From Pseudomonadota bacterium (lineage in GTDB: Bacteria > Pseudomonadota > Alphaproteobacteria > Rhodobacterales > Rhodobacteraceae): a stretch of DNA of 64,000 nucleotides. The notes beneath the pieces were generated by a model. That model was not told the origin of the DNA. It saw only the letters and a program-made list of their open reading frames with translations, and did not search any database. This document shows, one piece after another, positions 43,616-52,554 of this stretch; positions within the stretch are counted from its first letter, which is position 1; every line of letters begins with the position of its first letter. A program made the translations under genes and the position numbers. The stretch covers positions 2,021 through 66,020 of the forward strand of contig JBCDBR010000024.1 of assembly GCA_039183205.1 (NCBI GenBank), written 5' to 3'.

Positions 43616-44503
43616 TCATACGCGGCCAAACCCGCCAACCGCGCTCGATTCCCCTGACAAGAAGCGCGAGGTGATCAGAAGGATCAGGATCGCCGGGGCG
43701 ATGAATACCAGCGACAACGCAGCAATCATCGCATTGTTTCCGGTGCCGGCGGCCGAGAAAAGCAGCATGGGCAGCGTAACCACCCTGCCCTGCCCGATCA
43801 GGAAGGTCAGAAGGTACTGGCTCCACGAGACCAAGAATGCAAAGAGTGCGGCGACAAACAGGCCTGGCAGGATCGCCGGGAGCGTGACATCCCAAAAGAT
43901 GCGCAGCGGCTTTGCCCCAAGGCAGCGCGCCTGGGCCTCAAAGTCCGGATTGTAATTGGCGAAAACACCACTCAACGTCAGGACCACATAGGGCATCACC
44001 GGCACCAGATGTACGATGCTGACACCAAAGACGCTGCCGGCCAAATCGATCGGAATGCCCATATCCTGCAACGCCAGATCCCAACGGATGAAATTGATAT
44101 TGAGGCCGAGGCTGAAGGCGATCGGTGGTAGGATTGTGGGCGTGATGATCATGAACTCGACAATGCGTTTCCCGCGAAACTTATAAAGTCCGAGCGCGCG
44201 CGCCGCAGGCAGGCCGATGATCACCGAAAGCCCGGTCACCGTGGCGCCGATGGCCAGGCTGAGCCAAAGTGCGCTGATCACATCCGGGACGCTTGCCCAA
44301 AGTTCAATGAAGCCGGCGAAGGTCCGTTCGCCCTGCGGTGGGATCAATTGTAGGCGTTCCCATGCTTGCAGGCTCCATTCCTCCGGCACGAGCTGCGGGT
44401 AGAACCAGCGGAAGGCAAAGGCGTTGATCATAAACGCGATCACCGGCGCCACCAACATGAGGCTGACAAATCCGACCGTGAGGTAGAAGACGCCCCGCTG
44501 CAT
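43616..44503 (-). CDS. ABC permease (YnjC/PotC-like)
   Basis: WFYPQLVP, EAQARCLGA EAA loop, FLVSWSQY. Confidence 0.92.
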   Translation of the reverse strand: MQRGVFYLTVGFVSLMLVAPVIAFMINAFAFRWFYPQLVPEEWSLQAWERLQLIPPQGERTFAGFIELWASVPDVISALWLSLAIGATVTGLSVIIGLPAARALGLYKFRGKRIVEFMIITPTILPPIAFSLGLNINFIRWDLALQDMGIPIDLAGSVFGVSIVHLVPVMPYVVLTLSGVFANYNPDFEAQARCLGAKPLRIFWDVTLPAILPGLFVAALFAFLVSWSQYLLTFLIGQGRVVTLPMLLFSAAGTGNNAMIAALSLVFIAPAILILLITSRFLSGESSAVGGFGRV

Positions 44504-44507
44504 TCGA

Positions 44508-45383
44508 TCAGTCCTTTCGCACGGTACGTGCCGTGATCCCCATGTAAATGAAGACCAGAACGAAGACGATGACCGCGATGATCATGCTCAGCGCCATGCC
44601 CTCGGCACGGGCGTTGAGATCGGGGTTAAGGAAGAAGTCGAGCGCGAGGACAGGAAGCATTTTGGGATGCTGCACGCCCAATATGCGCGGCACCTCATAA
44701 GTGCCGAACGTAAAAGCAAAAACGATGATGGAGGCCGATAGAAGGCCCGGCATGATCAACGGCAAGGTCACTGTGCGGAACCGCTGCCACCGATTGGCAC
44801 CAAGGCTTTGGGCAACCGCTTCGTAATCTTCGCCGAGCGATTGCAGGATTGCCAGCACGATGATGCCAAAAAACGCGACCTCTTTCCAGATATAGGCCAA
44901 AATGATCCCGATGCCGTAGGGGTCGCGGGTGAGCGCCGGGAAATCCCGCGGCGAGGAGACAAGACCAAGCTCTCCCAACAGACGTGACGTCAGCCCGCTT
45001 TGCGAGAACAGCATCAGCATGCCCACCGCGATCACCAAATGGGGGATCGGTAGATTGAGCTGAAAGAAGAAAACGGCGAGTTTTTTGCCGACGAATGTGC
45101 GCCGCAGCAAAAGCGCAACCGCGATCGCGATGGCGGCCGAGACGAAGGTGCTGACCAAAGCGACCCAAAGGCTGAGCCAAAGCCCCGGCCAAAACCGCGA
45201 AGCCACATCGGCCCCGAACAAAACTGACCGATATGCGTCGAGGCTGATCTGAGTTGTGCCGATGTTGGGCTGGTATCCGAGGCTTTGGAGCAGGCCGTAG
45301 CCGAGGCTCCCGAAAAAGAGCACGGTGATAATCACCATGGTCGGCGCAAGCATGATCGGGATGCGTAACTTTTCCCAGGACAT
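44508..45383 (-). CDS. ABC permease (YnjC/PotB-like)
   Basis: PIPHL, YIWKE, EAVAQSLGA EAA loop, FGTYEVP. Confidence 0.92.
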   Translation of the reverse strand: MSWEKLRIPIMLAPTMVIITVLFFGSLGYGLLQSLGYQPNIGTTQISLDAYRSVLFGADVASRFWPGLWLSLWVALVSTFVSAAIAIAVALLLRRTFVGKKLAVFFFQLNLPIPHLVIAVGMLMLFSQSGLTSRLLGELGLVSSPRDFPALTRDPYGIGIILAYIWKEVAFFGIIVLAILQSLGEDYEAVAQSLGANRWQRFRTVTLPLIMPGLLSASIIVFAFTFGTYEVPRILGVQHPKMLPVLALDFFLNPDLNARAEGMALSMIIAVIVFVLVFIYMGITARTVRKD

Positions 45384-45409
45384 CCAGGGGTCTCTTTCGC
45401 GCGAAATAT

Positions 45410-45450
45410 CGGGACCGGCGGCGGCGAAGAAACCAGACCCGCCGGCCCCG
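45410..45450 (-). terminator. GC-rich stem-loop after the binding-protein gene (likely mRNA stabiliser or attenuator)
   Basis: CGGGACCGGCGG ... CCGCCGGCCCCG inverted repeat between the SBP and first permease genes. Confidence 0.5.
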
Positions 45451-45458
45451 TCTGTAGC

Positions 45459-46730
45459 TTATTCCGGCAGCGGCTCACCGCGGAGCACGTAACGCTGCCA
45501 ATCGGCTTCAATCCGCGCCTGGTATTCAGCATCGATATCGGCCACGAGAGCGCCGGCCAAGCGTCCGGGATCGGCAGCAGCATCGCCCAAGTTCTGCATC
45601 GCCTCTTGGATGGCGGCGACTTGGTCGGCATCGGTCACCCTATTGACGTCAATTGCCCAGCCGCAGCAGAACCCGTTTTGCGGCTGCACCTGTGCAGCCT
45701 GGCGGTCCGGGCGCAGCACCAAGTTGGCGGTCACAAGCGCGGCGGCCTTGTTCGGCGCGTTGAACGGGATCGCAAGGTAATTGAAATCACCGATCATGAA
45801 ATTGTCGAACGCGAAGGCACGTGCCGTCGGGGGGACCACGCCCGCACTGATATCTGGTGCAGCACCAGATGGCGATTGGGTGAAGGCAAACTCGATCTCA
45901 CCATTGGCAAAGAGCGATTTCATATCTGCATCACTGGACGGATAGGTCTCACCGCCACGCCAGAGGTTTTCCTCCCACGACAGCAATTCGCGCCAGGTGG
46001 CCACACTCCATTCATTATAAAGCTCTTCGTTGAACGGGCCGACCCATTGGTCATGATCGCCACTGAGTTCAAACATCAACTGTTTGACAAAACGCGTCCC
46101 GATGAAGGCGCCGGGCCCCGGGGCCACATACGTGAACTGGCCCGGATTTTCAGCAATCCAGGCCGACAGATCGGCATACGAACGGGGCAATTCAGCCTCG
46201 TCCATGCGCGCGCTGTCATACATTAAATGAAACTGCGCGCTCGACCATGGGCTTTCCATCCCGTCAACCGGTCGGCCAAAATCCAAGCTGATGGCCGGAT
46301 TGCTCCAATCCACAAGGGCCGCGTTCGGAACCGCCTCGGACCAAGGTCCATAAAGCAAATCGGCCTGCTGAAGCGTGGCGAAATTCTCGCCGTTGATCCA
46401 GATCATATCGATCGATCCCCGGTCGCCATCGGCACCGGCCTCTTGCTCGCTGATCACCTGGTTGACCGCGTCGACGGTGTCGGCAATCGGCACACGTTCC
46501 AGCGTTATGCCGTATTCCTCCAGCAACGGCTCTCCGTAGAACGTATCGACAAAGCCATTGATGGCGTCCGAGCCACCCCACATGTACCAAAACACGGTCT
46601 GGCCGCGGGCTTCCTCAAGCACCTGGTCCCAACTGTCGAAGCCGGGTAGGTCCTGGGCTCCGACGGGCGCGCTGAGCGCGCAGGCCGCGCCGACAAGGCT
46701 TGCCTGCGTGAATTTGCGGAATGTTGTCAT
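45459..46730 (-). CDS. ABC substrate-binding protein, YnjB-like
   Basis: Signal peptide, ARGQTVFWYMWGGS, IDMIWINGENF, ESPW, AIPFNA match the YnjB pattern; SD AGGGAGG. Confidence 0.85.
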   Translation of the reverse strand: MTTFRKFTQASLVGAACALSAPVGAQDLPGFDSWDQVLEEARGQTVFWYMWGGSDAINGFVDTFYGEPLLEEYGITLERVPIADTVDAVNQVISEQEAGADGDRGSIDMIWINGENFATLQQADLLYGPWSEAVPNAALVDWSNPAISLDFGRPVDGMESPWSSAQFHLMYDSARMDEAELPRSYADLSAWIAENPGQFTYVAPGPGAFIGTRFVKQLMFELSGDHDQWVGPFNEELYNEWSVATWRELLSWEENLWRGGETYPSSDADMKSLFANGEIEFAFTQSPSGAAPDISAGVVPPTARAFAFDNFMIGDFNYLAIPFNAPNKAAALVTANLVLRPDRQAAQVQPQNGFCCGWAIDVNRVTDADQVAAIQEAMQNLGDAAADPGRLAGALVADIDAEYQARIEADWQRYVLRGEPLPE

Positions 46731-46899
46731 CTGTAGCGTCCTCCCTTGCGTCGAATTTCTAGTCGTAAAGTCCTCAGGCTTTGCGATGAAACTCGTAGTG
46801 TCATGTTGGATTATGTATTGCGCCCGGCCCGCGGCGCAGATCTTTCCCAACCCCTCCTAATTTGCCAGCCTAGGTGGAGGCGGCTGAATTGCAACAGCT

Positions 46900-46918
46900 A
46901 ATTTGTACATACCAATTT
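46900..46918. promoter_or_regulatory. Second candidate GntR/HutC operator upstream of the ABC operon
   Basis: AATTTGTACATACCAATT imperfect palindrome; core TTGTACATACCA matches TTGTATTTACAA at 36069. Confidence 0.6.
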
Positions 46919-46944
46919 TGCGACCTGTGCCGAGCCGATTGACG

Positions 46945-48366
46945 TTAACTCATGTCGGAGCTGTTTAGGTGATCTCGCATCGGGACGGCACCCAGCAACT
47001 CCATCCCGGCCCAACTGCAAAACTCTGTCAGGGTGGCGCCGATGCGGCCGGGCACCAGCACAAAATGATGCTCAATTCCATGCGCCATAACAGATGAGAC
47101 AACGTCGCCCATGGACACATCGCACCCTGCAATACGGAACTGATCCATCCAGCCGCGACATCCGATATAGCCGGTTTTTGCGCGTGCGACGATGTCGCCT
47201 TCCATCGCAAACAGCGCATGCGCATTGCGGGTGACGCGAAAGACCGATGCCGGCCCATCGCGAAACACCAAATCGCTGATTGTGCCCACATCGCGCGGTT
47301 CGGGATCGCCGCGCGTAATCGTGGGGTGATTGATCCACCGGGCACCTGCGTCATCAGCAAGATAAAGCGGGCCGCCGCCGGCATGCCACATGAGCAATTT
47401 TTCGGTCTCCAAATCGGGCTCAGCCATGTCCAACAGATAGCCAACCCGTCCGGTCAGCGACTTCGCCACAAGTTGCGTGACGGCACCCAAGACGTCGCCT
47501 TCGGCAGCAACGGGAAGATGACTGGCCTCTTCCAGCCAAGAGAATGCTGCGCCAGGATGCATCCCGGGATCGTCCTGCAAGGCGGACCAATCTGCCACCG
47601 CAAGCGCGGCGTATGCGCCATCCAGCGCCAAATCCTTCAGTGACAAAGCCGCCTGGGCTGTCAGGGCCAATTGCGCCTCCGATACGCCGGAAATCTCTGC
47701 GGCCTGGCCCATGGCGTCAATTTCAGCAGCGACACGACCGGCGTCCTGGGCGGCCATACGCGCGGTCAGTTCATGGATGTCATGATGGGCCACTTCGACA
47801 CCCAGCCGCGCGCGCAACTCCGAGGTCGACACCTCCATGTTGTAGAACGTCATGGCAAGCCCGCCAACAACGCCAATGCGCGCCCCAAACAGCGATTTGG
47901 CCGCCTTGATTGCCCGAATGGTGTGGCGCAGCCGCACTTGCAATGCGGGGCTATCGGGCGCCCCGTGGTACCACTGCACCGGCCGGACTGCACGATCGCG
48001 AACCTGCCGCGCAATGGAAAGGGACATGTTGAGCGAGACAAAGCTGTTGAGCTGGATGTCCCCTGACAGCGTCGGCTCCGGCACCGCCCAAAAGCCCGCG
48101 CGAAATTCCGAAGCGGCAATGGTACGCGCGACATCGCCCATGGTGAACCCGCCATGAAGCAGGAGAACGAAATCCACGCCCTCCGCTCGGCATTGATCTA
48201 ACGCCACCAACGTATCTTGCCCATTCATAGGCGTGTCCGGCGCAATGAAGAGCGTCGCATTTTCTGCGTCGCACAGGCCGGCCAAGGCCGCTTCCGCCCG
48301 GTCCCATACGTTGTGTTTTTCCGGCAGATATCTGGGCAAAGAGCCTCGGATCAATCCGATCTTCAT
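46945..48366 (-). CDS. L-fucose/arabinose isomerase-like aldose-ketose isomerase
   Basis: LNSFVSLN, ARIGVVG, VAAEGDVLGA, WHAG, GIEHH motifs of the FucI-like family. Confidence 0.8.
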   Translation of the reverse strand: MKIGLIRGSLPRYLPEKHNVWDRAEAALAGLCDAENATLFIAPDTPMNGQDTLVALDQCRAEGVDFVLLLHGGFTMGDVARTIAASEFRAGFWAVPEPTLSGDIQLNSFVSLNMSLSIARQVRDRAVRPVQWYHGAPDSPALQVRLRHTIRAIKAAKSLFGARIGVVGGLAMTFYNMEVSTSELRARLGVEVAHHDIHELTARMAAQDAGRVAAEIDAMGQAAEISGVSEAQLALTAQAALSLKDLALDGAYAALAVADWSALQDDPGMHPGAAFSWLEEASHLPVAAEGDVLGAVTQLVAKSLTGRVGYLLDMAEPDLETEKLLMWHAGGGPLYLADDAGARWINHPTITRGDPEPRDVGTISDLVFRDGPASVFRVTRNAHALFAMEGDIVARAKTGYIGCRGWMDQFRIAGCDVSMGDVVSSVMAHGIEHHFVLVPGRIGATLTEFCSWAGMELLGAVPMRDHLNSSDMS

Positions 48367-49146
48367 GCCACTCCCTCCAATTCGATATGGGGCCGATCCT
48401 TCGCAGCCTCACCTTGGCATGCTACGCGTTTTTGGGGTCTACGCGGAAGATGTATCTTTTCCACAGGATCACACGCATTCTCAGAAAGTGCATCCAATCC
48501 AAGGGCATGGGGGAATTTTTCGCATAGCGACACGGCCGAGATGTGGCACCTGGAGCGGGAAGGCCGTCATTGTCCAATCGTCCCATTCCACCGCGCCATG
48601 ACGGCTATGTTGGCTGGCACATCCCTTCGTAGGGCTTCGCACAGCATCGCCTACCACACCGAAATCGGCCCGGTGCTGCGAGTTGAGATAACCGCGCACG
48701 GCTCCCGGCTTGGGCAGCGCCTCCGTTGGGATTGCAAAACCAAGGGTCTACGGCACTCAGATGCAGCCCATCGCGAAGCTGCCGCAACGTCCACCCGCTA
48801 AAGCAACGCCACCAAGAAGCGCGGGGACACGTAGGGTGTGGGTCCACCTGAGGATTGGCGTTTGTGGCAGGTCAACGCTGCCAAGCTGAGCTATCGGAAC
48901 CGATCCTTGCGGATCGGCGTTGACCGAAAGGTTTCAAAACACAGACACGCGCATTGAAATTAGTGCAGCCATCTTTCGGGATTCGCTTCGGGGGCCATAT
49001 TACTTGTGCCATAAAGGTGGCGGTCTAAATGCGAGCGGCCACCACAGCGGGCTTTGCGGTTGGCCGGGCAATGGGTACATGCGGTTTTTTAGCCTCATGC
49101 TGGTGTCCCCGTGCAGCGCGTCAGCCGTCCAAGTTGGAGGAGCGAT

Positions 49147-49515
49147 ATGTCGGCCAGAGAGTTCATAGAACGCTATAAAGCCGCCCTTCGAACCCAGGAT
49201 TGGGCTGAGGTCGCGCCCTTGATCAGCGATAACGCCCGCGTAGTCTTTTCGAACGGCGCCGTGCACGTTGGCAAAGACGCGATCAAGGCCGCCTATATGC
49301 GTAATTTCACCACGATCAAGAATGAAGACTACCGTGTAGACAATGTTCTTTGGTTGGCAGAAACACCAAGTTTTGCGGCCTACATGTTTGATTTCCACTG
49401 GACCGGGTGGGTCGAGGGCCAGGCCGCATCCGGGTCCGGGCGCGGCACGGCGGTCCTGGCGCGCGAAGCGAACGGTTGGGTGCTCGTGGGCGAACAATTG
49501 GGGCCAAAATCCTAG
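49147..49515 (+). CDS. NTF2/SnoaL-like (DUF4440) protein
   Basis: SD GGAGG; FIERYKAAL..QDW, VGKDAIK, GSGRGTAVL, WVLVGEQLG. Confidence 0.8.
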   Translation: MSAREFIERYKAALRTQDWAEVAPLISDNARVVFSNGAVHVGKDAIKAAYMRNFTTIKNEDYRVDNVLWLAETPSFAAYMFDFHWTGWVEGQAASGSGRGTAVLAREANGWVLVGEQLGPKS

Positions 49516-50160
49516 GCGCGAACGTACCTGCTGAGCGCCGCGGGCGCGATGAGATCGGCGAGCCAGTTGTGCCGATGGCCGTGATCGTTTGTCGCCGCGC
49601 CTATTTTGGGCGGCACGTCACGCCTCAGACCGATTGTAAATCGCGCATGACTGCGCTTGCCAAGTCGAGCCTGCAAAACGCGTAAACCACTTTCATCGCC
49701 CTGAATGCGCTCTGGGGTTGCGCGAAGTACTTCGCGCCGGTGTCCAAGGTTGATGGCATATATGGAATTGATACGCGTCGTCGCCGCCGAACCACCCTGA
49801 TAGACGCCCAAGGCGTGTCTTCGGTGGGTGTTCATACCCGTCAGGGCGGGCCCGTTGACCGCAATCAGAAATGTGGCTGGATCATACGGTAAACATCGCT
49901 TTTGCGTCTCTTCGTGCTCGGGGCATCGGCCGAGCCGAAAGATGCAAACCGTAGCTGCTGCACCTATCCCGATGCGAAGCCGGGCGATGCGGAGAACACG
50001 CAACCGACATGCGTCATGGACGCTTTGGGTGACCCCGGCAGGTCCGTCAATGTTCAACGGCGCGAAGCATCTGCGACAGATTTAGGCGTTTGCTCGATTT
50101 TGAGCAGGACGTTCCCTCGGTGCCGCTATGACTTGGGAAAAGACTTGACCCAATTCGCAT

Positions 50161-50194
50161 TTTTAATCTGACTACAATTATAGTCGCACTAAAA
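50161..50194. promoter_or_regulatory. Candidate operator palindrome of the XRE-cupin regulator
   Basis: TTTTA-atct-GACTA-caatta-TAGTC-gcac-TAAAA, symmetric, 12 nt before the ATG. Confidence 0.6.
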
Positions 50195-50206
50195 AACAGA
50201 CCCGAT

Positions 50207-50905
50207 ATGTCCTCCGATGCTGCCGATCCAACGATACAGGATGCACCCGCTGCCAATCCCAGGAACGACATCGGCGGACGCATTCGGGCGCGCCGCAAAG
50301 CGCTTGGTTTGACGTTACAATCCGTGGCGAACGATGCCGGCCTAACGCCAGGTTTTATCAGCCAGGTGGAACGGGGCTTGGCCGCACCGTCGATTTCTTC
50401 GCTCTCGGCGATTTCTAAGGTGCTTGCCGTCCACCCGTCCGAGCTGTTTCAACAGCCGCCGACGCCGGGTCCGTTGACGCGGTCGGGCGACCGTCCCCGC
50501 TATAGGATCGCACAAGGCCCCCTGCGGTACGAACGGCTCACGTCGAGTTTCAATGGCAATGTCCTTCGATCGATGATCATTCACGAACCGCCCGGCCATA
50601 GATCCGAGCCGATCCGCCACGAAGGTGAAGAGCTCTTTTTCATTCTGTCGGGCGAATTGACTGTGGAAGTGGACGGCACGACGCACCTGCTGGAAACCGG
50701 GGATTCCATCCACTTTGCGTCAACCCGCGTGCATTCCAGCTGGAACCATACCGAAACCACAACGACCATCCTGCATACCTGCACGATGGACGTGTTCGGA
50801 GACGCCGCACCTGAACGGCGGCATCTCCACGACCAGGGCGAGCCGGACGATGCGACTGACCTCGCCGATCACTATGCCAACCAACCAATGGGGAACCTGC
50901 CATGA
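50207..50905 (+). CDS. XRE-family HTH plus cupin regulator (PuuR/SutR-like)
   Basis: IGGRIRARR, FISQVERGLAAPS, HEGEE, GDSIHF motifs. Confidence 0.92.
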   Translation: MSSDAADPTIQDAPAANPRNDIGGRIRARRKALGLTLQSVANDAGLTPGFISQVERGLAAPSISSLSAISKVLAVHPSELFQQPPTPGPLTRSGDRPRYRIAQGPLRYERLTSSFNGNVLRSMIIHEPPGHRSEPIRHEGEELFFILSGELTVEVDGTTHLLETGDSIHFASTRVHSSWNHTETTTTILHTCTMDVFGDAAPERRHLHDQGEPDDATDLADHYANQPMGNLP

Positions 50906-52473
50906 CGTCAATTCTGAAAGGCGCGGCCTCTGGCCTCGCCCTTGCCGTGCTGCTTACTGGGGTCGCCTCGGCGCAATCTGTTCTACGCCTCGATGAGGTG
51001 CCCGTGGGTGAACTCGACCCGGCCAAGGCCAGCGATTATGCCGACAGCGTGCTGATGTTTAACACCTATGATACTCTGGTGATGCCTGCCCAGGGCGCGC
51101 CGGGCCATGTTCCGCATCTGGCAACCGCTTGGGAGGCCGAAGGAAGCACCTTCACCTTTACCTTGCGTGATGACGTTAGCTTTCATTCGGGCAACCCGAT
51201 GACGGCCGCAGATGTCGTCTACTCGGTCGAACGGATGCAAGCGTTGGAGCAAGGATTGTCGTTCCTATTCACGATCGTCGAGGCCGTCGAAGCCGTCGAC
51301 GACACGACCGTCCGCTTCACATTAAGCGAGCCTTATGCGCCCTTCGTCGCCTCGCTGACACGTCTGCCCATAATCGACAGCGTGACCGTGATGGCCAATG
51401 AGACCGATGGAGACATGGGTGCGGCGTTTTTGTCGGCAAACTCCGCCGGAACCGGCGCATATATCGTCGAAAGCCACAACCCACAGGAACAGACGGTGCT
51501 CGTCAAGAACCCCGACTACTTCCTGTCGATCGATGCGGGCGCGCCGGACGAGGTGCGTATGCGATACGGGCTAGAGGCCGCCACCGTGCGTGCGTTGGTC
51601 ACACAAGGAGAGCACGACATCACGTCACAATGGCTACCGCCGGAGGTTTTGCGAGCGCTGGCCGATGACGGTGCCCAGCTTCTTGGCGAAAGCGGGACGG
51701 GCGCTTTCTACATCAAGCTCAACACCACATTGCCGCCGCTTGACGATGTCAATTGCCGGCTCGCGCTCGCATCGGCCTTCGACTACAGCACGGCACTGGC
51801 GATCACCCAGATCACGCCCGAAGTGTCCGGTGGCGTTCCATCGACCGGCGCGATCCCAGGTGGCATGTTTGGTGCCAACGGGCCGGAGATGACGCTGTCG
51901 CAGGACATGGACGCGGCGATGGCCCATCTGGAAAACTGCGCCTACGATCCCGCCGAGCACACTTTGGAAATCACTTGGGTTGCCGAGGTCCCGATCGAGG
52001 AACGTTTCGCGCTTTTGATGCAGTCCAATTTCTCCGAACTCGGCTTCGACAGCGAAATTGTGCGGGTGCCTTGGGTTCTTTTCACCGAGCGGGTCACGAC
52101 GCCAGAGAGCACGCCCCATATCAGCCAAGTCTTCGTGAACGCGGTCACGGGCGATCCGGATACGCTGCTTTATCCCATGTATCATTCTTCCGCTTCGGGC
52201 ACCTGGCAGTCACCGGAAAACCTGTCGGACCCTGAGGTTGACGCCCTCTTGGAGGCCGGCAGGACAGCGGCAAGCGAGGATGAGCGGCAAGAGGCGTATG
52301 CCGCCCTTAACGATCGTTTGATGGCGCTGGCGCCGACGATCTATGGCTATGACCGCAACTCGGTTTTCGCCGCGAACGCCGATATCTCGGTTCCCGCACT
52401 GAGCGACCCGGCGGCCGCATTTGGTCTCGATAGCATCGGCTTCACGTTCCGGCTGATGGATATGGGGGGCTAA
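50902..52473 (+). CDS. Peptide/nickel-family ABC substrate-binding protein
   Basis: Signal peptide, LDPA, YDTLV, FTLRDDVSFHSG, AGTGAY (SBP family 5). Confidence 0.93.
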   Translation: MTSILKGAASGLALAVLLTGVASAQSVLRLDEVPVGELDPAKASDYADSVLMFNTYDTLVMPAQGAPGHVPHLATAWEAEGSTFTFTLRDDVSFHSGNPMTAADVVYSVERMQALEQGLSFLFTIVEAVEAVDDTTVRFTLSEPYAPFVASLTRLPIIDSVTVMANETDGDMGAAFLSANSAGTGAYIVESHNPQEQTVLVKNPDYFLSIDAGAPDEVRMRYGLEAATVRALVTQGEHDITSQWLPPEVLRALADDGAQLLGESGTGAFYIKLNTTLPPLDDVNCRLALASAFDYSTALAITQITPEVSGGVPSTGAIPGGMFGANGPEMTLSQDMDAAMAHLENCAYDPAEHTLEITWVAEVPIEERFALLMQSNFSELGFDSEIVRVPWVLFTERVTTPESTPHISQVFVNAVTGDPDTLLYPMYHSSASGTWQSPENLSDPEVDALLEAGRTAASEDERQEAYAALNDRLMALAPTIYGYDRNSVFAANADISVPALSDPAAAFGLDSIGFTFRLMDMGG

Positions 52474-52489
52474 CACCCGCACCATCCTC

Positions 52490-52517
52490 GGCGCGCCGCG
52501 AGCTTACGTGGCGCGCC
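52490..52517 (+). terminator. Stem-loop after the SBP gene (likely mRNA stabiliser)
   Basis: GGCGCGCCGCG-agctta-CGTGGCGCGCC, 11-bp stem with one G:U and no U tract. Confidence 0.55.
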
Positions 52518-52554
52518 CCGTCCTTCGCACCCCTCACTGATAGGTCCCTGCCCC

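Noticed and set aside
37295-48366. Calling the island standard tagatose/galactitol, L-arabinose or sulfo-EMP catabolism
   Set aside because: No LacC/PfkB kinase, AraB/AraD or GH31 sulfoquinovosidase; altered aldolase and DhaK motifs and the CoA arm are unexplained by those pathways
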